Source: Armatimonadia bacterium (GTDB lineage Bacteria > Armatimonadota > Zipacnadia > Zipacnadales > UBA11051). From it: a DNA stretch of 19,602 bases. Positions 1 through 8,409 of this stretch are shown in pieces. The notes under the pieces are model-generated. The model worked only from the letters and a program-made list of their open reading frames with translations, searched no databases and was not told where the DNA came from. Made by a program: the position numbers and the translations under genes. The DNA lies in assembly GCA_039683575.1 (NCBI GenBank), contig JBDKRC010000231.1, positions 1 through 19,602 on the forward strand. The letters are read 5' to 3'. The stretch's first letter is position 1, and each line of letters opens with the position of its first letter.

Positions 1-2
1 CG

Positions 3-224
3 GCTCTGCCAGGCGGCTGCGCGGACCTGGTGATAGACAAGTCGGGCAAAGAGCCGCGGATTGTCGTCTCCTGTGGCGCAGCCGGTGTCGCAGTGCTGTC
101 ACCGGCTGGGAAAGTGACTGCGCAGTACCCACTGGCGGCGAGGGCAGGTAGCCTGGTTCTGCTGGGGGATGAGGCAGTTGTGGCGCAAGAGACGGGGACG
201 CTGGCAGCGATTGAGCTCCAGTAG
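3..224 (+). CDS. 3' end of a gene entering from the left edge; C-terminus resembles beta-propeller (PQQ-like/FG-GAP-like) blades
   Basis: Frame is open from position 3 (ALPGGCADLVIDK...) to TAG 222-224. Short beta-strand units such as 'VAVLSPAGKV' and 'AVVAQETGTLAAIEL'. Followed by a terminator-like hairpin. Confidence 0.6.
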   Translation, partial: ALPGGCADLVIDKSGKEPRIVVSCGAAGVAVLSPAGKVTAQYPLAARAGSLVLLGDEAVVAQETGTLAAIELQ

Positions 225-248
225 CCCGCGTACAGGACAGACACAAAC

Positions 249-290
249 AACGGGGTGTCCAGCCATTGGCAGGACACCCCGTTTGCTTTA
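249..290. terminator. Probable bidirectional intrinsic terminator between convergent genes
   Basis: Perfect 12-bp arms AACGGGGTGTCC (249-260) and GGACACCCCGTT (272-283), with an inner GCC-ATT-GGC. A-rich on the left and T-rich on the right. Confidence 0.8.
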
Positions 291-302
291 CGTGTTGCTG
301 GC

Positions 303-1580
303 TTACTGCTTCGCCAGTTCCACGACCTTCTCGGCGTTCTCGCTGACCTTGCGGAAACCGTCAATGTACAGCCTCATGAGGTCCATGGTGTTGGGCGGGT
401 AGACGCCGCCGAGGTACGCGTGGCCGTCGATGAACTCGACGGTGCGCGGATACTCCTCGTTATCGTAATGGACGTCACCGCGGCCAAACGGGCAGGTCCA
501 CGGGCAGCCCTTGCCATAGCCCACGCGGTCGGCAAAGACGTCCTGGGCGGGCACGGGGCGGGTCTGCCACTGGCCGAGGCCGATGCCCTCGCCAGCGAGG
601 ACCTTCTGGCAGGCGCGCTTCCACTCGGCCGGCGTCAGGTCGAGACCCAACTGGTCGGGGCGGAAGGTGACCACGTAGCTGAAGTAGCACGGGTTGGCAT
701 AGTCGGGGGTGTACGGGCCCTCGAAGCCGGGAATGTCCGCCAGTTCCTTGGTCAGGTACGCTGCGAACTCACGGCGCTGGCCATTGTTGTAGTCGAGCCG
801 GTCGAGCTGGCTGAGGATGAAGGCATTGATGAACTCGTGGGGCCGGTACATCCAGCCAAGGCCGTAGGCGTTATATTCGCGGGGACCGCTGGCCGCCACG
901 ACTTCGCCGAACTCGCGCAGCTTGGCGGCGCGGGCCACAAACTCTTCATTGTCACTGGTCCAAAGGCCGCCTTCGCCGCCGGACAGGTTCTTGGAGCGAT
1001 TGCAGCTGAAGCAGCCGATATCGCCCAGCGCGCCGGTCTTGACGCCCTTGTAGGTCGCGCCGTGGGCCTGACAGGCGTCCTCGATGATGAGCAGGTTGTG
1101 CTTCTTGGCGATGGCCTTGATCGGGTCCATGTCGGCGACCATGCCGTGGATGTGGACCGGCAGGATGGCCTTGGTGTGCTCGTTGATGCGCTCCTCGAGC
1201 ATGGCCGGGTCCATCGTGTAAGTCTGCGGGTCGATGTCCACAAAAATCGGGACGGCATTGTGGTGCAGAATCGCGGCGGCGGTGGACCAGTAAGTGAAGG
1301 CGCTGGTGATGACTTCATCGCCAGGGCCGATGCCGGCCGCGGCCACGCCCATGTGCAGCGACGCGGTGCCGCTGTTGGTCACGAGCGCATACTTGGTCCC
1401 GACATACTTCGCCCACGCTTCCTGCAGTGCCAGCGCCTTAGGCGCTGAAGTGCCGTGCAGGTGGCCGCTGTCGAATACGGCCATGACAGCATCGCGGTCC
1501 GCCTGGTTCAATGGCGGCCACGCCTGCACCATTCCGTCCGGTACGAGGCGGCTCCCGCCCTCTATCGCAAACGTTGACAT
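303..1580 (-). CDS. DegT/DnrJ/EryC1/StrS-family PLP-dependent aminotransferase (425 aa)
   Basis: Motifs NSGTASLH, GIGPGDEVI, PIFVDIDP, AILPVHIHG, IIEDACQAHGA and FSCNRSKNLSGGEGG (PLP lysine). Start placed at ATG 1580 because AGGAGG lies 6 nt upstream. Confidence 0.95.
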   Translation of the reverse strand: MSTFAIEGGSRLVPDGMVQAWPPLNQADRDAVMAVFDSGHLHGTSAPKALALQEAWAKYVGTKYALVTNSGTASLHMGVAAAGIGPGDEVITSAFTYWSTAAAILHHNAVPIFVDIDPQTYTMDPAMLEERINEHTKAILPVHIHGMVADMDPIKAIAKKHNLLIIEDACQAHGATYKGVKTGALGDIGCFSCNRSKNLSGGEGGLWTSDNEEFVARAAKLREFGEVVAASGPREYNAYGLGWMYRPHEFINAFILSQLDRLDYNNGQRREFAAYLTKELADIPGFEGPYTPDYANPCYFSYVVTFRPDQLGLDLTPAEWKRACQKVLAGEGIGLGQWQTRPVPAQDVFADRVGYGKGCPWTCPFGRGDVHYDNEEYPRTVEFIDGHAYLGGVYPPNTMDLMRLYIDGFRKVSENAEKVVELAKQ

Positions 1581-1639
1581 CTGCTTCCTCCTGAAAAGAC
1601 GCGACATGCGCGTGTGTTGCCTGGAACTGTGTCCAAATA

Positions 1640-1688
1640 GTGGCGCGGGCGGCTCGCCCGCGGCGGGCAGGCGAGCCGCCTGCCCTAC
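1640..1688. repeat. Inverted doublet of GTRG-family REP elements (REPIN-like)
   Basis: Plus strand 1640-1662 GTGG-CGCGGGCG-GCT-CGCCCGCG. Minus strand 1688-1666 GTAG-GGCAGGCG-GCT-CGCCTGCC. The two are separated by 3 nt. Confidence 0.7.
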
Positions 1689-1698
1689 TGAGAAGGGT

Positions 1699-4600
1699 CT
1701 ATTCCACCGCCCGGATCACCCGTAACCCATAGGCCGGTATCTCCAGTTCGCTGCCGGAGAGCGTCTTACCTGTAACCGGGTCGCAAAATGATGTCTGACG
1801 CCAGCCTTGCGGCAGCGCTACAACCGGCTTGACCGGCTCGTTCTTGAAGTTCAGCAGCAGCACCAGCCGGTCCTTCCCAAGCTGGAAGGCGAACCAATCG
1901 TTCTGCGGCAGGCCGTCCACCTTGACCTCGGCGTCGCAGCGCTGCCCTTTGCTGAGGATCTCCTCGTAGCGGGCGAGCACGGCAGCGGCTTCTGAGGTGT
2001 AGTAGAAGGCCCCGCCGTCCATCACCGGCAGCCACCAGATGAGCACGCCCACGCCGCCGCTGTCCAGACACTGACGCAGCAGGCGGTTGCGCCACGTCAG
2101 CGGGTTCGGGGCGGCGCTATCGGCGCTGGTGTTGGAGAGGTAGTACATCTCGCCACCCATGAACGGTACAGGTGCGAGTGCTTTCACCGTCTCCTGCACC
2201 GCCCCGCGGGCTCCCCCATATCCGGCGATGCCAAGGTCCAGGTACGCGGCCATGAGCTTCCAGTCCACCCCGTAGTGCTCCATGGTATATTTGCCCTGGG
2301 TGCCGCTGTAGACCGAGAACTCAATGCCGGGGCAGCCGCGGCGCACGCCAATGCCGATATGCTCGACCAGACGCGCATTTTGGCCACAGCGGAACGCGGT
2401 CCACTTGTCGCGGTATTCTTTCGTCATCATTTCCGGCGTCAGCTTCGTATCGTCCGGAAGGCCTGCTTCCCTGGCGAACGCCGCAAGACAGCGCTGGCAG
2501 AAGCAGTACGTGGGCGGGTCGATGACCGGGTCCTCCACATCAATGTCGGCTCCCTGGTACTTGCCGTTGCGCACCTTCGCGGCCATGTCGTCTTCCAGCG
2601 CCTTGAGCACCTCCGGCGCCTCGCTTAGCATCCACGTCGGGCACAGCGTGTCCCGGCTGGGCTTGTTGGGGTACTCAACCGCCGCGACTTCGGGCCGGTC
2701 GGTCAGTAGATCACGGAAGGCCGCCGGAGGGGCGAAGGGCGAGTAGCCGAGGCTGATGATGCTCTCATGGGTGCCACGCTGGCGCAGTTGCCGCACGACC
2801 TCATTATCCGCCGAGCCGTAGTTAGCGATCATCCCGGAGCGCCAGAAGTTGTCTGCCAGCGCCGCCAGCACCTGCGGGTTGGAGAACTGCTCGCTGTAGT
2901 AGCACGGGGTGATCTTGATGTGCCTGGGGCGTACGCCGAGCAGTGGTGGCAGGACCTCGATCGCCACCGGCTGGGCCACCTCGGTGATGTTCCCGCCGCC
3001 GGTCTCGAAGTACACCAGCATCTGATCGGAGCCCTGAGGCGCTTTCTTGTCCACGCTGAAGAGCAGCGACCCCATGGGCTTGTAGGTGCCCGAGACCAGG
3101 TTCTCCGCCTTTGCGTCCATCTCGATGATGTACTCGACACCCGGCTCGACATTCACGACCGGCTTTTTGGGGATCCAGAGCGCGTTCTGCCCTTTGACCT
3201 GCTCCGGCAGGCAGACGATCTTCAGGCCCTTGGTGCCGCTATTGCCATAGCCGGGCTTGATGCGGCCGTCGGCCCACTCCGGCCCCTCGAAGTCGCCCAC
3301 CTTCAGCAGGTCCTCAGTACTGCCCTTGCGCCGCACAGTGATGTTGTCTACCCAGAAGGTGCCGGTGATGTCGCGGTCCTGCCACTTGATGACCAGCGGA
3401 TGTAACTGACCGGCGTCGCTCGGAGCCTTGAAGGTTCCTGACAGCCGTCGCCAGTCAAACGTTCCACCGGCTTGCAGCCCCGGCTGATAGCCAATCGTCC
3501 CGCCGTCCTTGGACACCCATCGCAACGACAGTTCCAGGCCCCTGCCCGGCAATAGGGGGTACTGGGCGCCATAGACGCTCTGTCCGGGGGCGACCTGCTG
3601 CCGCGTGACTTCCGCTGGCTGGGCTCCCTCGGTGGGTTCAGCGGTTACGTAGCGCAGGTAGTCCGGCACCTGCATGCAGAGCCGGTATCCCTCGGCAGGC
3701 AGGCCCGTCGGCAGCGTCAGGTACGGCTTGACGCGCTGGCTCGTGCCGACCGGGAGCCACAACTTGTTGGTCAGCGGAAAGAGGCGCCCAGCCGGAGATG
3801 AGACCCACAGGCCCCGGCGGTAGTATGCGGTGCCATCTGGGGTCTGAAGCTGCCCCTTCACCGCCGGCGCAGGCGCAAAGCCGGGGACATACTCGGTCTG
3901 CCACGCGGCAGGCGGCTCCTTACTCAGACAGAACCAGCGCGCGTCCGCCGCTATCTTCTGCCGTCCAATTGTGATTTCAGGCTTGACCCAACCACGGCCC
4001 TTAGTAATGAGGGTCACGAGGTTGAGGCCATCATGCAGCTCCAGCGGTCCAGCAGCCACAGGCTTGCCATCGAGGAAGGCCTGGCACTGCACCCCTGGCG
4101 CCTGCGACAGGGCGAATTCCCCGCGGCTGATAGCGAGGCTCTCCGTCTGCCGTGGGGAGGACGCATAGACCACGTTCCCGGCCCGTAGCGCCCATTCATA
4201 CCCCAGTTGCCCCGCTTGCACCGCCTCCGGCGGCACCAGGAACTCCGCTTCTACCCCGCGCTGCCCTGGCGTGAGACTTGCAGGCAACGTCTTCTGGCCG
4301 AGTTTCTTCGCGCCAGCATACAGGTCCAGTGCGCACTCCAGGCCAGCGGCTGGGGCTGGTGACGAAACCTCCAGAACCACGCGCCTGCGGTCCGGGGTGG
4401 GGGCTGTGATCTCCGCTGAGTGGACGACAGGCCCAGATTCGGCGAAGACGACGCGTCCGAACTGCGCGCGGTCATTGAAGGCGCCCTGCAACCCCGACCA
4501 GGTCGAGTTCTCCGCCACGGCACTGCGCTCGCGGCAGAACTGCCCCCGCCATGAACTGGCGGGAAGCTTGCCTGCGCCGAGGCTGCTCAGCGGTATCGCA

Positions 4601-5106
4601 CACTCGACGATGTAGCGGTCGTCGCGCCGCACCGCTGCCGCCCGCCACTCGCCGTTCCAGCCTACCTCGCCGTCGCGGGCTTCCCAGCGTGTACCGATGG
4701 AGTTGGCCGCAAGCTGGAATGACGATCCCCCCGGCACGTCGAGGAATATTTCCACACAGTCGTCGCTGAAGACATTGCTGTCGTGGTCCTTGCGCTCGGC
4801 CTTCACCTTGTCGGTCTGCTGGACCATGGGCTGCAAGAACCTGTCAAAGCACTCGAAGGCCACATACAGATTGTTGTCATCCCACGTAAGATAGGCGTTC
4901 GTGCGTGCATCCAGCTTGTTGCCAGAAGCCGGCAAGAACGGGCCGCAGACGGTGGCCTGCTGCCAGCACGGCTCCTGGAGCGCGCCGTCAAGTACCGGCG
5001 GGGCCGCGGCGCGGTAGGCCGTCACCAGCGCTGCGCCCCACGCTCCACTGACAATTCCAGTTGTCAAAGCGAGAAGAACCGAGAAGAACAAGATCCGACG
5101 CAACAT
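1699..5106 (-). CDS. Secreted multidomain putative glycoside hydrolase (~1135 aa): CBM9/DOMON-like domain, beta-sandwiches, CBM4/9-like module and C-terminal TIM-barrel catalytic domain
   Basis: Signal peptide MLRRILFFSVLLALTTGIVSGAWGA. CBM9-like motifs PVLDGAL.E..W, WDDNNLYVAF, DDCVEIFLD, YIVECAIP. Barrel region has GADIDVE and a YCFCQRC Cys motif like GH42-type enzymes. ATG 5106 has GAGGTG upstream; the ORF-track GTG 5115 falls within that RBS. Confidence 0.75.
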   Translation of the reverse strand: MLRRILFFSVLLALTTGIVSGAWGAALVTAYRAAAPPVLDGALQEPCWQQATVCGPFLPASGNKLDARTNAYLTWDDNNLYVAFECFDRFLQPMVQQTDKVKAERKDHDSNVFSDDCVEIFLDVPGGSSFQLAANSIGTRWEARDGEVGWNGEWRAAAVRRDDRYIVECAIPLSSLGAGKLPASSWRGQFCRERSAVAENSTWSGLQGAFNDRAQFGRVVFAESGPVVHSAEITAPTPDRRRVVLEVSSPAPAAGLECALDLYAGAKKLGQKTLPASLTPGQRGVEAEFLVPPEAVQAGQLGYEWALRAGNVVYASSPRQTESLAISRGEFALSQAPGVQCQAFLDGKPVAAGPLELHDGLNLVTLITKGRGWVKPEITIGRQKIAADARWFCLSKEPPAAWQTEYVPGFAPAPAVKGQLQTPDGTAYYRRGLWVSSPAGRLFPLTNKLWLPVGTSQRVKPYLTLPTGLPAEGYRLCMQVPDYLRYVTAEPTEGAQPAEVTRQQVAPGQSVYGAQYPLLPGRGLELSLRWVSKDGGTIGYQPGLQAGGTFDWRRLSGTFKAPSDAGQLHPLVIKWQDRDITGTFWVDNITVRRKGSTEDLLKVGDFEGPEWADGRIKPGYGNSGTKGLKIVCLPEQVKGQNALWIPKKPVVNVEPGVEYIIEMDAKAENLVSGTYKPMGSLLFSVDKKAPQGSDQMLVYFETGGGNITEVAQPVAIEVLPPLLGVRPRHIKITPCYYSEQFSNPQVLAALADNFWRSGMIANYGSADNEVVRQLRQRGTHESIISLGYSPFAPPAAFRDLLTDRPEVAAVEYPNKPSRDTLCPTWMLSEAPEVLKALEDDMAAKVRNGKYQGADIDVEDPVIDPPTYCFCQRCLAAFAREAGLPDDTKLTPEMMTKEYRDKWTAFRCGQNARLVEHIGIGVRRGCPGIEFSVYSGTQGKYTMEHYGVDWKLMAAYLDLGIAGYGGARGAVQETVKALAPVPFMGGEMYYLSNTSADSAAPNPLTWRNRLLRQCLDSGGVGVLIWWLPVMDGGAFYYTSEAAAVLARYEEILSKGQRCDAEVKVDGLPQNDWFAFQLGKDRLVLLLNFKNEPVKPVVALPQGWRQTSFCDPVTGKTLSGSELEIPAYGLRVIRAVE

Positions 5107-5141
5107 TTTCTGCACCTCAGGTGTCAGTCTGCCGCGTGTAC

Positions 5142-5168
5142 TTGACCACGAGGCCTCTCCGCACCTGC
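5142..5168 (-). promoter_or_regulatory. sigmaH-like promoter for gene 1699-5106
   Basis: Minus strand GCAGGT-N17-TCAA; the same motif and spacing recur at the other divergent regions. Confidence 0.5.
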
Positions 5169-5178
5169 CCGCGCCTGA

Positions 5179-5205
5179 GAAGGGATTAGTTACGTGCGGG
5201 TTGAA
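5179..5205 (+). promoter_or_regulatory. sigmaH-like promoter for the secretin operon
   Basis: GAAGGG(5179-5184)-N17-TGAA(5202-5205). Confidence 0.5.
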
Positions 5206-5294
5206 CTGTCTAGTTTGTCCTTTGTAGGCGCGAGTCCTTTTGACATTCCGCCGGGTTGCTGTCTCAACGTCGTCAGATGTGGAGAAACGCCCTC

Positions 5295-6668
5295 ATGCGA
5301 ATTGCCCGCCTCGTCGTGATCCTACTGGGCCTGTGCCTGCCGCTCCTGGCACAGAATGCCGACACCGCGCCTCCGCCGTCGCGCACGCCTGCTACCAGCG
5401 CTGAAAAGCCCGCTGACGCCCCCAAGGCCGACACGCCCGCGGCGACAAAAAACGGCGAGTCCGGCAAGGAGAATGGCAAGAGCGACAGCAAAGAACCCAC
5501 GCACATCCTCAACATCGTGGCTTCCCCCAAGGGCTGGACCATTCATGCGGTGAATGCCGATGCCCACGAGCTCTTCACCCAGTTTGCCGCGGCAGCGCAT
5601 CTGCCGCTCGTGGTTGACGACACCGTCAAACGCAAGATCACCCTCCACATCTCCGACAAGTCAGAATGCGACATCCTGAGCATCATCGTTGATGCCTACG
5701 GCTTCTCATGGGCGCAGGTGGAGGGCGTCCACATCGTCTCGGACGGCATGCCGAAGACTGCTTCCTCCTACCTTCTCTCCGACATCGCCTCCGTTACCAC
5801 CAAGTACGTGGCCCCCGACCGTGCCCAGCAACTCCTGCCGCTGTTCCTGCAGCAACATGTGAAGGTGAACACAGACCAGAACGCGGTGGTCCTGTGCGGC
5901 CCCAAGCCGATGCTGGAGAAGTTCAGGCAGGATGTGGAGCAGTTCGATGTCGCCGCCGCGCAGATCATGCTCGATGTGAACGTTATCGAGTTCACTGATG
6001 TGGATACAGATGTGTTCGCGGCCCTGATCGGCCACAGTAACGCCAACTTCGGCGCCGTCACGGACTCGCTGACGGGGCAGGTCACGCTCACCGCCGTTGC
6101 GGATCTGCCGACCTTGTTCTTCTCGGAGCTTCGGGCGCTGGTCACCAAGCGTCAGGCCCGCGTCCGGGCCAATCCCCGCATCGCTACCGTCAGCGGCCAA
6201 TCCGCCAACATCTTCATCGGGCAGCAGCAGTATCTGACCGTTCCGCTGAACACTGGGGCCAACTCCATTGATGCCGGCGTTTCCCTCACAATGACACCCC
6301 TCACTGGCGGCGGCGGTGAGATCATCCTGGACCTGCGCGAGGAGATCAGCACCCTTAGCGCCCCAGACCCGACCACCGGCCTGCCCACCAAAACAAGCCG
6401 CACCGGCCAGAGCACCGTCCGGGTACGTGATGGGCAGACCATCATCATGGGTGGACTGCGGCAGGTGGAGTCCCGCGAGGTCCGCCGGGCCATCCCGATC
6501 CTCAGCGAAATCCCGCTCCTCGGCAAGTTCTTCCGCTCCAACCGTACCGAAAAGACCGCGGTAGACCTGGCGATCTTCATCACGGCCCGCACGCTTTCGC
6601 AGACGGGCCACCTGCCAGCCGAGGAAGAGCAGAAGGCGCGGGAGATGATCGAGGGAGTCAACCGTTGA
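5295..6668 (+). CDS. Secretin-family outer-membrane protein, paralog 1 (457 aa): signal peptide, low-complexity linker, N0/STN, N3 and secretin domains
   Basis: QIMLDVNVIE, ARVRANPRIATVSGQSANIFIG, STVRVRDGQTIIMGGL and IPILSEIPLLGKFFRS are GspD/PilQ secretin-domain signatures. ATG 5295 has GGAGA 9 nt upstream. Confidence 0.93.
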   Translation: MRIARLVVILLGLCLPLLAQNADTAPPPSRTPATSAEKPADAPKADTPAATKNGESGKENGKSDSKEPTHILNIVASPKGWTIHAVNADAHELFTQFAAAAHLPLVVDDTVKRKITLHISDKSECDILSIIVDAYGFSWAQVEGVHIVSDGMPKTASSYLLSDIASVTTKYVAPDRAQQLLPLFLQQHVKVNTDQNAVVLCGPKPMLEKFRQDVEQFDVAAAQIMLDVNVIEFTDVDTDVFAALIGHSNANFGAVTDSLTGQVTLTAVADLPTLFFSELRALVTKRQARVRANPRIATVSGQSANIFIGQQQYLTVPLNTGANSIDAGVSLTMTPLTGGGGEIILDLREEISTLSAPDPTTGLPTKTSRTGQSTVRVRDGQTIIMGGLRQVESREVRRAIPILSEIPLLGKFFRSNRTEKTAVDLAIFITARTLSQTGHLPAEEEQKAREMIEGVNR

Positions 6669-8407
6669 GTTGCAGCCGCCTGGAGACGATGGTGCTGACC
6701 ACGCTGCTTCTGGCCGCCACGACATGCTGGGCGGAGACGCAGCCCTTTTGCATGCTGCAGAAGGTGGACGTGGGCCAGGTCTCAAACGCGACGGTCATTA
6801 CGCTCGAAGCTGACGGGCTCATTGAGATGACCACCGAAGGGCTTGAGACCTGGACGCAGGACGAACAGCACAACTGGTATCCGCAGGCCCTGGAGCGCAT
6901 CACGTTCACTCTCAGGAACGTGCGCGGCGGAGCCGCTCCGATGGTACAGATCGCGCGCTACCCCGTGAGCCACATTGAATTCGCTCTGCCACCGGGGGAA
7001 CAGCAGAACGTCGGTGTACGATGCACCCTGGTGCTGTACAAAGGCGCCATCGTCACCAAGTTCGATGGCGTCGACGACAACTGGGATTTTGGCTCGTGGC
7101 GCCCCGCGGGCCCGCGTGTGATGATCTACCCGTCACAGAAGCGCGACAAAATCCTGATCACCGTAATCAGCGACCGGCCGGAGGAGCCGGAGGCCAAACG
7201 TCCCGACGAGCCCCGCCAGGAACCGCGCCTCGAGGTGTCTGGAGACACCAAGGCAGTCACCCTGAAGGCCTTCAAGGCCGATATGCACCAAGTCATCAAG
7301 ATGATTGGCGAACAGACAGGTGCTCCAATATGGGTAGACGAGCCGGTGAGCAATCTGGTCACCGCCAACTTCGAGAAGATGCCGCTGCAACGCCTGCTGA
7401 CCAGTCTCGCCACCGCCTACGGTCTCTGTCTTTCCCAGATGGGCCAGGACTATCATCTGAGCCAGACACGGCCCGACAGTGCGACCGCGTACTGGGTGGG
7501 AGAGACACGGATGGTGCAACTGCACTATGTTCCCGTCCAGCAGGCGCTGCTGCTCCTGCCGGATGCGGTGCTGCCGTACGTGCACCGCATGGAGGCCAAC
7601 AACAGCCTCATCCTCAGCGGCCCGCGGCAGATGCTGGATCGCATCGCTTCCGACCTGGCCGTAATCGACAAGCCTGGTTACCAGTGCCGACTGCGCGCAT
7701 GGGTTATCGGCACCCAGAGCACTGACCAGAGCCTGCGGGAAGTGCTCGGGGGATTTGCGGATGGTGACACCAGTGTTGGCTTCGACAGCAGCGGCAACCT
7801 CAGCGTCGAGACGGGCTCCGCCGTTGCTGAGAAGTTGCTGGTGCGACTTCAGGCGCTCCAGACCAAGGGGCGGCTGCGTATGCAGTCCCTGCCCTCTGTC
7901 TGGTGCAAGAGCGGCTACTCGGCCAGTCTGTTCATGGGCCAGCGCATCTACTACTGGCGCTTCGCGAGTATCTGGTCCGAGGAACAGACTCTCGATGCCG
8001 CCCAGGCGGGAACGGAACTGACTTTCTATCCTCGCACCGACGGTGAATGGATTACCGCCTGGGTGACGGTGCAGAGCGATGTCCCGGGGCAGGCCAGCCC
8101 CACCGGTCCCGTGCTCATGCGGCGCTCGGCGAAGACAACTGTCAGGCTGCGCTCGGGGCAGATGATGCTGATTGGTGGCCTGCTGCAGTCCGATAGTCTC
8201 CGCCACCGCGCCAAGCCGACCATGCTGCCCTGGCCGGCCGATGCACTCGCCTCGGGACGACTGCGAATACGTCAGGATGGCGAGGTGGCGGTGCTGGTGC
8301 AGATGGAGGCGGCGCTGATGCCACCGACTGAATCGCCTGACAAGCTGCAGCAGCCCGCGCTGCAGACCGGACAGCTTGTCTCACCCGATTTCAACGAAGG
8401 ATCGTGA
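6665..8407 (+). CDS. Divergent secretin-family protein, paralog 2 (580 aa): AMIN-like, N0, N3 and a degenerate secretin domain
   Basis: LQALQTKGRLRMQSLPSV, SASLFMG and TTVRLRSGQMMLIGGLL align with paralogs 1 and 3. TTG start overlaps the paralog 1 stop (TTGA), with GAGGGAG 7 nt upstream. Confidence 0.85.
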   Translation: MSCSRLETMVLTTLLLAATTCWAETQPFCMLQKVDVGQVSNATVITLEADGLIEMTTEGLETWTQDEQHNWYPQALERITFTLRNVRGGAAPMVQIARYPVSHIEFALPPGEQQNVGVRCTLVLYKGAIVTKFDGVDDNWDFGSWRPAGPRVMIYPSQKRDKILITVISDRPEEPEAKRPDEPRQEPRLEVSGDTKAVTLKAFKADMHQVIKMIGEQTGAPIWVDEPVSNLVTANFEKMPLQRLLTSLATAYGLCLSQMGQDYHLSQTRPDSATAYWVGETRMVQLHYVPVQQALLLLPDAVLPYVHRMEANNSLILSGPRQMLDRIASDLAVIDKPGYQCRLRAWVIGTQSTDQSLREVLGGFADGDTSVGFDSSGNLSVETGSAVAEKLLVRLQALQTKGRLRMQSLPSVWCKSGYSASLFMGQRIYYWRFASIWSEEQTLDAAQAGTELTFYPRTDGEWITAWVTVQSDVPGQASPTGPVLMRRSAKTTVRLRSGQMMLIGGLLQSDSLRHRAKPTMLPWPADALASGRLRIRQDGEVAVLVQMEAALMPPTESPDKLQQPALQTGQLVSPDFNEGS

Positions 8408-8409
8408 CT

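Noticed and set aside
255-1448. 397-aa plus-strand ORF and similar long antisense ORFs (5706-6785, 7133-8206, 10108-11055, 11236-12249, 12339-13193)
   Set aside because: Shadow frames opposite well-supported genes, expected at high GC, with no recognisable motifs.
1688-5184. 10-bp direct repeat CTGAGAAGGG (1688-1697 and 5175-5184) flanking the 1135-aa gene, as a possible target-site duplication
   Set aside because: No transposase, integrase or terminal inverted repeats, and the right copy overlaps the predicted -35 motif. Probably coincidental.
5240-5245. Perfect TTGACA -35 box upstream of the secretin operon
   Set aside because: No plausible TATAAT-like -10 at 16-18 nt (sequence there is TCTCAACG).
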